64,000 bases of DNA from an uncultured virus (IMG/VR IMGVR_UViG_3300009545_000019). Lineage: Duplodnaviria; Heunggongvirae; Uroviricota; Caudoviricetes. The DNA lies in the IMG/VR virus record IMGVR_UViG_3300009545_000019; one strand, given 5' to 3'. The notes under the pieces are model-generated. The model saw only the letters and a program-made list of their open reading frames with translations, was not told where the DNA came from and ran no database searches. This document shows, one piece after another, positions 1-8,332 of this stretch (positions are counted from its first letter, which is position 1; each line of letters opens with the position of its first letter). The position numbers and the translations under genes are program-made.

Positions 1-1
1 C

Positions 2-298
2 ATCAATGCGGCGGTAGCGGCGGCAACTCCGACGAACGGGGCGGCCACCAATGGCGCCGCCGCGCCGACTACGCCGCCTTCGACCGAGCAGCACCTCACC
101 GAAGGCCTCAAGCGTCGTGGTCGCCCGCGCAAGGTCGTCGGCGTGAACGCCGATCCGAAAGTCTCGGCGGTCGGGACGTCGGCGGAACAGACACGGCCTG
201 GACTTCCGGCGCTGGCGACGATGGGTCAGGCGCTCGTCGATCTTGGCTCGGCGATCCTCGAGCTGGCGGGCGTCACGTACGCGGACGAGGACGAATAG
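2..298 (+). CDS. 3' end of a gene running in from the window edge; Ala/Pro-rich tail with an AT-hook-like motif
   Basis: Open frame from base 2 to TAG at 296-298; contains KRRGRPRK and ends ADEDE*. Confidence 0.65.
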   Translation: MNAAVAAATPTNGAATNGAAAPTTPPSTEQHLTEGLKRRGRPRKVVGVNADPKVSAVGTSAEQTRPGLPALATMGQALVDLGSAILELAGVTYADEDE

Positions 299-362
299 CG
301 TTTCGTTCGGTTTTGTCGGTGACGTACTGTGTGGTTTGGTCGGAATGTAAGGCAATCTAAGA
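299..362 (+). ncRNA. Pentamer-periodic tract 0 (putative guide RNA unit upstream of the RAMP-like gene)
   Basis: cgttt cgttc ggttt tgtc ggtga cgtac tgtgt ggttt ggtcg gaa tgtaa ggcaa tctaa g; 11 of 13 units begin NGY; same TAAG tail as the downstream tracts. Confidence 0.65.
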
Positions 363-380
363 GCAGAAAAGAGAAAAATA

Positions 381-995
381 ATGATCTCAAGATTCGTTAA
401 GCTGCGCGGCATCACGCCGCTTCTTCAAAACCGTATGTCCGAGTCGGTGCTCGAGGGCCTTCGGACCAAAACGAAGCCACCTAAGACGGCGTCTATCGGC
501 ACGACACGCACACCGCGCGAAGACGCTGAGCCGAAGGTGCACGTGGACGCGAAGGGGAATCCTGGTGTGCCGGCGCTCGTGATGATGAGCACGCTCATCG
601 CGGCAGGTCGCTTCTGTCGATTGGACGGGAAGAAGCAGATCTCTACGGCGGACTCGACCGTGCTGCCCGGGTTTCTGTCGCTGGAAGGAAGCTTCTTCAA
701 GCTGCTCAATTCCGAAGGGAAACCTGCGACCTGGGAGGCCGACGTCAAGCAAGGCCGGAATCCGAATGGTGGTGAGGCCGTGGCGATCTGCCGACCGCGC
801 TTCGACGAGTGGAACTTCTCGCTGCGAATCGCAATCGCAGACGAGGAGGTCGGCGAGAACATCATTCGTCAGCTCTTCGATTTCGCCGGACGTCGCGTGG
901 GCATCGGTGACTTCCGACCAGCGCGTAAGGGTATATTCGGCCAGTTCGTTGTCGACGAATGGTCAGCGGTCGAAGACAAGATCGCGGCCGAATAA
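381..995 (+). CDS. Stand-alone Cas7/RAMP-like protein (Vipr-like), 204 aa
   Basis: N-terminal strand VKLRGITPLL, a GVPALVMMSTL segment at the position of the RAMP IPGSSxKG helix, and a C-terminal glycine-rich loop GRRVGIGDFRPARKGIFGQF; no other cas genes in the window. Confidence 0.75.
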   Translation: MISRFVKLRGITPLLQNRMSESVLEGLRTKTKPPKTASIGTTRTPREDAEPKVHVDAKGNPGVPALVMMSTLIAAGRFCRLDGKKQISTADSTVLPGFLSLEGSFFKLLNSEGKPATWEADVKQGRNPNGGEAVAICRPRFDEWNFSLRIAIADEEVGENIIRQLFDFAGRRVGIGDFRPARKGIFGQFVVDEWSAVEDKIAAE

Positions 996-1004
996 GACGT
1001 CTAT

Positions 1005-1393
1005 TGTTGCGCGGGGCGAGGTTGTGTGGCGTTGCGTCCGGCAACGTGTTGAGGCGTGGGGTGGGGCGAGGTTGCGTGAGCTGAGGTCTGCTGCCGCATT
1101 GTTTTGTAAGGTAAGCGTCGGCTGTCGTTCGAAAGGGTGGCGGTCGGTCCAATGAGGTCTGGTCTCGTTGCATTCGGTTGCGTGGGGTTAGGTCGTGTTC
1201 GGTGCGGTATTCTGTGTTGGGTGACGTCTGTTCGGGTTTCGCGACGTGCGGTCCCGTGAGGCAGTTCTAAGGTGTTCGCCGTTCAGCGCTGTGAAAGGTT
1301 CTGAACGGTCCAAGATGGTCGGGTGTTGTTTTGTTCTCTCTGGTAGCGTTTCGTGCAGTGGACTAGCGCAATGTAATCTAAGGGCTTTTTTTT
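1005..1393 (+). ncRNA. Array of three pentamer-periodic (NGY-NN) tracts separated by hairpins; putative guide RNA array
   Basis: Tract 1 1005-1114 (19/22 pentamers start NGY), hairpin 1117-1148, tract 2 1146-1264 (20/24), hairpin 1279-1308, tract 3 1307-1381 (11/15), then T8 at 1386-1393. G/T-rich on the + strand with no credible ORF. Confidence 0.8.
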
Positions 1394-3130
1394 ATGGCTA
1401 AGGGTTATCACGTCGTTCAGAGAACTTCCGAGCTTAAGAGGATCCTTACGATTCCTCGACGCTCGTGGAGTGACGAACACGTGCATGACCTTACGGCTGC
1501 ATTGCGAACGAACCAAGGAACACAAACACTCCGACCCATTCAGGCGCAGATTCTTTTCGAACTCGGTACGAAGGGCGGAGCGTTCGGCCCCATCAAAGTT
1601 TCAGGCGGGAAAACGTTGGTATCGTTACTCGCCCCCGCCGTTACGTGCGCGAAGAGGCCTTTACTATTAGTTCCGGCAAAATTGCGCGAGAAGACACGCA
1701 TCGAGGCCTGGGTCGGGCGCATGTTGCCGGACGGCACACGGATCGAACCGCTTTGCTTTCATTGGCGCATTCCGCGGCATATTCGCATCGAATCGTACGA
1801 GCAGCTTCAGACTGCGGGCTCCTCGAGTATGTTGATGCACTACCGACCCGACCTCGTCATCCTCGACGAAGCGCACAAAGTGCGTCGCATTTCCGACGCG
1901 GCACGGGCAAAGCGCGTGCGAAGATACGTCGAGGACGTCGGGTGCAGCGTTCTCGCAATGAGCGGCTCGTTCACGAACGGGAGTATCAAAGACCTCGCAG
2001 ATCTTCTCGCGTGGTGCGTCGCAGACTACCCGCTCCCGCGTGTATGGTCCGAGCTTCAGGATTGGTCGGATGCTTGCGAGGAAGACTCGAAGTGCGGCGT
2101 CGGCGCCCTTTCGGACCTCGGCGCCTTCGACGCGAAGTCCGCCCGGCAGGCCATACAAAAAAGAATTAATGAAACGGCCGGCGTCGTGGCAAGCGCGGAT
2201 CAGTCGCTCGGCGTTTCCTTGAATGTCTGCGAGGTTAATATCCCCGCGCACCCGGAGATCCTCGAAGGGTTCAAGCATCTTCGCGGCGTCGTTGGCAACG
2301 ACCGATACCCGGGCTGGATGCGGCCTGATGGTTGGCCCCTTCAGGACAAGATCGCAATCGGTGCCCTTGCGCAGCAGCTTTCGTTAGGTTTCTATTACGT
2401 CTGGTTTCCTGAACCACCGAAGGAGTGGCTCGTACCGAGAAAACGTTGGAACCAGGTTTGTCGCCGAATCCTTCGCACGAACCGGCGCGAGCTCGACTCG
2501 GAGCTTCAGGTCATCCAAGAGATTCGGCGTGGCGGATACGATGGGCATACGCTCGAGATCGACGGAAAGGAGGTCGTCGTCACCGAAGTTCTAGAAGCGT
2601 GGAAGAGGGTCGAAGACACCTTTGAGCCGAACGTGAAACCGATATGGCTCGGTGACGCGGTCATTCGCCAGTGCGCGGAATGGCTCAAAGGTGGCGGGAT
2701 GGTGTGGGTGAAACACGTCCACTTCGGTCTCGCGCTTGAGGCGAAGACAGGGCTCCCGTACTTCGGCGACGAGGGCCGAGACAGGAACGGGAACTTCATC
2801 GAGGACCACCACGGCAAGCCTTGCATTGCTTCAATCGAGTCGAATTTCGAAGGCCGGAACCTTCAAGCGTGGAACCGTGCGCTGATTACGTGCCCGCCCG
2901 CCTCGGGCGACAGATGGGAGCAGCTCCTCGGTCGTTTTCACCGCGACGGACAAAAGGCTGACGAGGTCACGTACGACGTGCTCAACGGCTGCGCGGAGCA
3001 CATCGACGCATTCGAGAAAGCGCAGATGAAGGCGGGGAAGATACAAGATCTTACCGGGCAAGAGCAGAAACTTTGCTATGCTTCGGTCTCTTACGGTAAT
3101 CGAGAACGAGACATTAGGTACGAAAGGTAA
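1394..3130 (+). CDS. Superfamily 2 (SNF2/DEAH-like) helicase
   Basis: Walker A SGGKT, Walker B ILDEAH, motif III MSGS, motif VI EQLLGRFHR. Confidence 0.85.
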   Translation: MAKGYHVVQRTSELKRILTIPRRSWSDEHVHDLTAALRTNQGTQTLRPIQAQILFELGTKGGAFGPIKVSGGKTLVSLLAPAVTCAKRPLLLVPAKLREKTRIEAWVGRMLPDGTRIEPLCFHWRIPRHIRIESYEQLQTAGSSSMLMHYRPDLVILDEAHKVRRISDAARAKRVRRYVEDVGCSVLAMSGSFTNGSIKDLADLLAWCVADYPLPRVWSELQDWSDACEEDSKCGVGALSDLGAFDAKSARQAIQKRINETAGVVASADQSLGVSLNVCEVNIPAHPEILEGFKHLRGVVGNDRYPGWMRPDGWPLQDKIAIGALAQQLSLGFYYVWFPEPPKEWLVPRKRWNQVCRRILRTNRRELDSELQVIQEIRRGGYDGHTLEIDGKEVVVTEVLEAWKRVEDTFEPNVKPIWLGDAVIRQCAEWLKGGGMVWVKHVHFGLALEAKTGLPYFGDEGRDRNGNFIEDHHGKPCIASIESNFEGRNLQAWNRALITCPPASGDRWEQLLGRFHRDGQKADEVTYDVLNGCAEHIDAFEKAQMKAGKIQDLTGQEQKLCYASVSYGNRERDIRYER

Positions 3131-3136
3131 AACGAA

Positions 3137-3805
3137 ATGTCATCATTGAACAAATTCTTCGGCGGGTTGAAGCAAGCCGGCGTGAGCGGTCGGGGGAATT
3201 ACTTCCCCTACGCGAACGCCAAATACCGATTGAACATCTCGAGGTTCTTCTACAAGTCGGACCGCAAGGACGTTTTCGTGGCTGAACTCGATGTCGTGGA
3301 GACGTTGGCGTTCTCCTCGAGCAAGTCGGACGTCGTGCCGCCGGCCGCGGGCGAACGGAGATCGTGGGTCGTCGACATGACCAAAGAACTCAACATGGTC
3401 CAGCGGGACGTGAACGGGTTCGTGCTCGCGACGATCGGCGTGAACGTGAACAACAAACCGGAAGCAGAACGTGCGCTCGATCAGATCGAAGGGCTCGTGC
3501 AATTCGCGATCTCGGATGCGAATCCCTTCGGAGGTTCGCCGCTCGATCTCGAAACTTTCGAGCACAAAACCAAGGGCAAGGGCAACGATTTCACGGTGCA
3601 CAATTGGATCCCTTCGGCATCGAGCGCAGGTCTCGATGCGTGGCTCGCGAAGCTTCCTCGGGGGCAATACGTTTCTCCGAACTTGACTGCGGCAAAACAG
3701 GGACCTCCTGTTTCGGCTCCCGCGCAGGCCGCGGGCGCCCCGGTACAGATGGGTGGTCGGTGGTTCCTGCCGCAGGCCGACGGTTCGCTGAAACCGATCG
3801 GGTAG
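3137..3805 (+). CDS. Putative single-stranded DNA-binding/replication protein
   Basis: Beta-rich 222-aa ORF between helicase and polymerase, the usual SSB slot in such modules; function inferred from position. Confidence 0.4.
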   Translation: MSSLNKFFGGLKQAGVSGRGNYFPYANAKYRLNISRFFYKSDRKDVFVAELDVVETLAFSSSKSDVVPPAAGERRSWVVDMTKELNMVQRDVNGFVLATIGVNVNNKPEAERALDQIEGLVQFAISDANPFGGSPLDLETFEHKTKGKGNDFTVHNWIPSASSAGLDAWLAKLPRGQYVSPNLTAAKQGPPVSAPAQAAGAPVQMGGRWFLPQADGSLKPIG

Positions 3806-3943
3806 GTCTTTTTGAACGCCGGCCTCGCGGGGAAACTGCGACAGTGCTCACCCGATAATCCGGCGATAGGGCGTGACGAGTCCACGTAGGCGACCCAACG
3901 ACAGGGGACGGTGACTCGCGTCGTGACAGCTCGGAGAGACGGC

Positions 3944-3968
3944 TCCCTTCGGGGATTCTTTTGTTTTC
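3944..3968 (+). terminator. cUUCGg hairpin followed by a U-rich tract
   Basis: tccc-ttcg-ggga then ttcttttgttttc. Confidence 0.4.
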
Positions 3969-3978
3969 TGGAGGAACC

Positions 3979-5031
3979 ATGAACTTCGACAAGATCACGA
4001 AATGCATCGTTCACGCGAACTGTCCCGACGGCATTCTCTCCGCGATTCTTCTGCGCGACGCGCTCCCGAAGACGGAGATTCAGTTTGTTCAATATGGCAC
4101 CCCCGCATATACGGCGCTCAAGCCGGAGCCCGGCGTGCTCTACGCCGACTTCTCGCCGCCGGTGCGGACGAAGAAGTCTTTGTCGGAGGGGTACATCGTC
4201 GAGCCCGAGGACGTCAGTCTTCTTCAGGCCTACGTCGACGCCGGCACGCTCGTGCTCGACCACCACGCGACCGCCAAGCCCGTCGTGGAGGCATTCGGTG
4301 GGAACGGGTGTTACAGAGACGAGCCCGGCGTCTGCGGCGCAACGCTCGTTTGCGATCATGTTTGGAAGAATCAGGATTATTTCTTTTTTGAAGAAGTAGT
4401 TACGCTGGTGATTCGTGCGGGTATCCGCGACACCTGGCAGCGAAAAAGTACTCAGTGGCGCGAGGCGTGCGCACAAGCGGCCGTACTGATGTTCTTCCCG
4501 TGGTCGCATTGGGAAAAGCGCGACCTTGACGACATCGTGCACGATCTCGCTTACCAAAATGGTTTCGGCGAGACACTCCTCCAGAAGCGCGAGATCGAGG
4601 TGAAGGAGGCCGTAGAGAAAGTATACCGGTTCACCTCGGCGAAAGGGACGCGGGTCGTCGTGTTCGAAGGCCCTGCGCTTTCGAGCGACGTCGCCGAGTT
4701 CGTCCACGACCACGCCGATCTTGTGATTGCCTTCGGGTACGACGTCGAGAAAGGTCCCGAGGGCAGAGGCGAGCTCGCCGCGAGCCATCCGAGCGTCCTC
4801 GATGGAAGTCGGAAGGTCGGCGACGTCGATCCTCTTTTCGTCTACGTACCTCGCATCCGCCTCTCGACGCGTTCGCACACAAGTTTCGACTGCGCTGCGT
4901 TCGCGAAGGCCCACGGCGGCGGCGGGCACACGAAGGCCGCGGGGTTCAGTCTGGACGTGCACCCGTCGGACAAGAACCCGTACGAGTACGTGCGCGAGCT
5001 CGTCACGGTCTGGGAGGCATTGCAAAAATGA
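3979..5031 (+). CDS. DHH/DHHA1 family phosphoesterase
   Basis: HANCPDG, YADFS, LDHH and C-terminal GGGGH motifs; ATG at 3979 after GGAGG. Confidence 0.85.
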   Translation: MNFDKITKCIVHANCPDGILSAILLRDALPKTEIQFVQYGTPAYTALKPEPGVLYADFSPPVRTKKSLSEGYIVEPEDVSLLQAYVDAGTLVLDHHATAKPVVEAFGGNGCYRDEPGVCGATLVCDHVWKNQDYFFFEEVVTLVIRAGIRDTWQRKSTQWREACAQAAVLMFFPWSHWEKRDLDDIVHDLAYQNGFGETLLQKREIEVKEAVEKVYRFTSAKGTRVVVFEGPALSSDVAEFVHDHADLVIAFGYDVEKGPEGRGELAASHPSVLDGSRKVGDVDPLFVYVPRIRLSTRSHTSFDCAAFAKAHGGGGHTKAAGFSLDVHPSDKNPYEYVRELVTVWEALQK

Positions 5032-5399
5032 TCTTGGTCGTCGTCGAATCACCGTTCGCGGGCGCGGAACGATTGAATATGCGCTATCTCCGCGCCGCGC
5101 TGCTCGATGCGTTCCGTCGCGGCGAGGCGCCTTTCGCCTCGCACGCGATCTACCCGCAGGTCTTGAATGACTCGAACCCCGTCGAGCGAAACCTCGGCAT
5201 CACGGCGGGGCTCCTCTGGGGCATCCACGCCGAGAAGACGGTTGTGTACTACGACCTCGGCGTCTCGGGCGGGATGGACCAGGGCATCACGGCGGCCGAG
5301 GCGGCGAAGCGGCCCGTCGAATGGCGCACGCTCGGCGCGGAGTGGGACGAGTGGCGCAATTCGCCGCTCACGGTCTGGAAGCGGAGGCCGCCGACGTGA
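5028..5399 (+). CDS. Nucleoside deoxyribosyltransferase-like small phage protein
   Basis: VVVESPFAG...GEAPFASH...VYYDLGVSGGM pattern common in phage replication modules. Confidence 0.55.
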   Translation: MILVVVESPFAGAERLNMRYLRAALLDAFRRGEAPFASHAIYPQVLNDSNPVERNLGITAGLLWGIHAEKTVVYYDLGVSGGMDQGITAAEAAKRPVEWRTLGAEWDEWRNSPLTVWKRRPPT

Positions 5400-8332
5400 G
5401 CTTCTCTACGCTCGACACGGAAACTTATCCGATTGCTCCTTGGAGCGCGGCGCCGAAGGTCGTGTGTATTTCGATGGCGGACGCTTCGGAAGAATTTCTC
5501 TTCCGCGAAAGCCCCGTGGAGTTTCTTCAGCCGACGACCACGATACGCATCGTCGGTCACAACGTCGCGTACGACATGTCGTGCGTCGCCGCGACCTGGC
5601 CCGAGACGCTTTCGGTCATCATCGATGCGTATGAGCGCAACGTGATCGAAGACACGATGCTTATCCAGAAGCTTCAGGACAACGCGGTCGGTATCCTTCG
5701 CGGGTTCGATTTCGACGAGGAAGAAGGGCCGACGAAGATCGACTACGAGCTCGATTCGCTCGGGAAGCGGCACGAGGTCGGGCGCAAGGTACAGACCGAA
5801 TGGATGAAAAAAGAGAAGAACCCGTACGCGGCGGGGACTCTCGAGCACTGGAAATGGTCCTGCGAGCACTTCCGTTTCTGGGAACTCGACGCGCTCCCGC
5901 TCGACTTCTGGCCGAAGGAGGCGGTCCTCTATGCGAAGATGGACGCGCGGGTGACGTACGACGTACGCGTGGCGCAGGAAGACTACATGGAGCTTTGCCC
6001 GGATCATCACTTCCAGGCGCGGGCAGCCTTCTGGCTTCAGCTCATGGCCGTGCACGGGATATGTACGGATGGCCCCGGCGTCGAAGCCTTCGCGGAGCAG
6101 ACGAACATCGACCGGAAGCTCGTGAAGGAACGGCTCGTGGAGGCGAAGCTCATCCGGCCGGATCGGGCCTTGAAGAGCGGTCCGCGAAAGGGAACGATCA
6201 TCGAGGGGTCACGGGATACGAAGCTCGCACGCGTTCGTATTGAGGAAGGCTTTTCGAAACAGGGACGCCCCGTGCCGCTCACGAAAGGAGGAGAAGACGG
6301 AGAGAACAGGCAGACATCGATCTCTCGTGCCGCGTGCAAGGAATCGGGTGATCCGATCATGCTCGCATATGCAGAGTTCGCTGAGCTGAATGCCGTTCTC
6401 AAAAAAGACATTCCCGCACTCCGGCTCGGAATGACGTACCCGATCCATTCGCGCTTTGATTCGATTCTTGCGACTGGACGTACGTCGAGTGCAGCGCCGA
6501 ACATCCAGAACCCTCGGCGAAAGAAGGGTGTGCGCGAGTGCTTTGTTCCTCGGCCTGGGAAGGTTTTCGTCGCCGCAGACTACGGAGGTCTCGAACTATG
6601 TACTCTCGCGGAGAGTATGCATTTTCTTTTCGGCCGTTCGACCCTTGCGGATGCACTGAACTCTGGACGTGATCCACATCTCGACGTTGCGGGCGCGCTT
6701 CTTGGCGTTCCTCCTGATGAAGCTGCTGGAATAAACGCGGACGAAGATCATCCGAAGCACGCGTGGCTCAAGAACGGTCGGCAGGTGGGGAAAGTTTGTT
6801 TTCATCCCGAGACAGAGGTTCTCACGCGGCGTGGCTGGATCAGGATTGATCAGCTCCATCCGTCGGAGCAAGTCTGTTCGGCGAAGCTATCGGACGACGG
6901 TCGTGTCGAACTCGAATGGGAGATTCCTCTCGCGCTTACGAGTCGGCCCTGGTCGGGCAAGCTCGTACACATGCAAAGCGAAGGGATCGATCTGCGAGTA
7001 ACACCAGACCACAGAATGTGCGGATGGGAGCAAGTCAGCGCCGGTCGCAGAGGTTTGACCAAACTGCGAACCACGACATGTTATCCGAATCAGCTGAACG
7101 AACTTAGGTATTGGCCCAACGCAGGGGAGATGCAGGGATCGGTTCAAGTCGACGAAGGCCTTCTGCGTTTGGCGGTCGCAACGCAGGCGGACGGAAGCTA
7201 CCAGGGCCGGAGTAAGATCCGATTCGGATTCAAGAAACAGAGAAAGATTGACCGACTCAACTGGCTTCTCCGCTGGCTGAATGTGGAATACGAGACGCGG
7301 ATTTCTTCGCAAGGTGCGATAGAATTTATCGTTCGCGGTGACGTTGTAGAACGAGTGAAGGAGCTTCTCGACGAAAAGAAGCTGCCTTGGTGGTGGATCG
7401 AGCTGACGTACCCTCTTCGGGTCGCGGCGCTTGACGAAGTGAGATACTGGGATTCACACAGCTACAAGAACGAGAAGGGTCAAGGGAACGGTTACAATTA
7501 CTGTTCGGTGCCGAAGCAAAACGCAGATGTTCTTCAAGCTCTTGCGACCTTGACGAATCAGAAGAGTCGGTTGGCGTTGTCCAGAAATCCGATCAGACGT
7601 GGGCAGGGACCGGATTATGCGGTTGCGCACGTAGTCAGCGTGAAACAGAAGCACCGAAGTCGTGGTGGGAATTTGTTTCCTACCGAGGTACATCATGAAG
7701 GAGAGGTCTTCTGCCTCACGACTCGCAATGACACGATCGTCGTGCGCGATGGTGGCGTTCCGGTCATCACGAGACAGTGCAACTTTGGGTTTCCTGGCGG
7801 TCTCGGTGTCGAGACGTTCGTCCACTTCGCTCTCCAGGGCTATGGCGTAAAACTCACGATCGATCAGGCGCACGAGGCAAAGCGAGCATGGCTCGAGGCG
7901 TGGCCCGACATGATGGATTTTTTCTCGTACGTGAATCGACTCATCGAAAACGATGCGCCTGTCGTCCTTCCGTACTCAGGTTTCCAACGCGGACGAGCAA
8001 CGTACTGCGCCGCGTGCAATACGTTTTTCCAAGGCCCTGGTGCAACCATTGCGAAAGACGCCGGCTGGCGCGTGATGAAGGCGTGTTATCTCGACCAGGA
8101 CTCCCCGCTCTTCGGTGCGCGGATCGTGAACTTCGTCCATGACGAGTTCATTCTCGAGGTGAACGAAGGGACCGAGCACGAGAGCGCCGAGGAGCTGAAG
8201 AGGCTCATGCTCGCAGGCGCCGCGCCGTGGCTCCGTCACGTGAAGATCAAGGTCGAGGCCGTGGCGATGCGCCGGTGGTCGAAGGAAGCAAAGCGCGTGT
8301 ACCGAGAGGGGAGGCTAGTCGCATGGGGTTGA
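5396..8332 (+). CDS. polA: Family A DNA polymerase with 3'-5' exonuclease domain, interrupted by an intein
   Basis: Exo motifs LDTET, GHNVAYD, YAKMDA; TGRTSS..PNIQN; motif A ADYGGLE; motif B RQVGKV/CNFG; motif C FVHDE. GTG start overlaps the upstream stop. Confidence 0.93.
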   Translation: MSFSTLDTETYPIAPWSAAPKVVCISMADASEEFLFRESPVEFLQPTTTIRIVGHNVAYDMSCVAATWPETLSVIIDAYERNVIEDTMLIQKLQDNAVGILRGFDFDEEEGPTKIDYELDSLGKRHEVGRKVQTEWMKKEKNPYAAGTLEHWKWSCEHFRFWELDALPLDFWPKEAVLYAKMDARVTYDVRVAQEDYMELCPDHHFQARAAFWLQLMAVHGICTDGPGVEAFAEQTNIDRKLVKERLVEAKLIRPDRALKSGPRKGTIIEGSRDTKLARVRIEEGFSKQGRPVPLTKGGEDGENRQTSISRAACKESGDPIMLAYAEFAELNAVLKKDIPALRLGMTYPIHSRFDSILATGRTSSAAPNIQNPRRKKGVRECFVPRPGKVFVAADYGGLELCTLAESMHFLFGRSTLADALNSGRDPHLDVAGALLGVPPDEAAGINADEDHPKHAWLKNGRQVGKVCFHPETEVLTRRGWIRIDQLHPSEQVCSAKLSDDGRVELEWEIPLALTSRPWSGKLVHMQSEGIDLRVTPDHRMCGWEQVSAGRRGLTKLRTTTCYPNQLNELRYWPNAGEMQGSVQVDEGLLRLAVATQADGSYQGRSKIRFGFKKQRKIDRLNWLLRWLNVEYETRISSQGAIEFIVRGDVVERVKELLDEKKLPWWWIELTYPLRVAALDEVRYWDSHSYKNEKGQGNGYNYCSVPKQNADVLQALATLTNQKSRLALSRNPIRRGQGPDYAVAHVVSVKQKHRSRGGNLFPTEVHHEGEVFCLTTRNDTIVVRDGGVPVITRQCNFGFPGGLGVETFVHFALQGYGVKLTIDQAHEAKRAWLEAWPDMMDFFSYVNRLIENDAPVVLPYSGFQRGRATYCAACNTFFQGPGATIAKDAGWRVMKACYLDQDSPLFGARIVNFVHDEFILEVNEGTEHESAEELKRLMLAGAAPWLRHVKIKVEAVAMRRWSKEAKRVYREGRLVAWG
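6797..7777 (+). mobile_element. Intein (327 aa) with a LAGLIDADG-like endonuclease region, inserted in polymerase motif B
   Basis: Starts CFHPETEVLTRRGW, block B VTPDH, LAVATQADGS block, ends VFCLTT...VITRQ before extein Cys; removal restores KVCNFG. Confidence 0.88.

Noticed and set aside
318..342. Tract 0 NN (ga ac gt tt cg, ETVFR) resembling ETLFR in the fibre anchors
   Set aside because: Only 9 of 10 bases over five dinucleotides, and the upstream NN do not match; expected by chance.
996..1393. Canonical CRISPR array or simple microsatellite
   Set aside because: No 25-45-bp identical repeats with spacers, and the pentamers vary at positions 4-5, so it is neither.
766..1525. ORFs 766-1155 (+), 862-1173 (-) and 1283-1525 (-) across the array
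   Set aside because: Low-complexity translations overlapping real genes; period 5 is not a coding signal.
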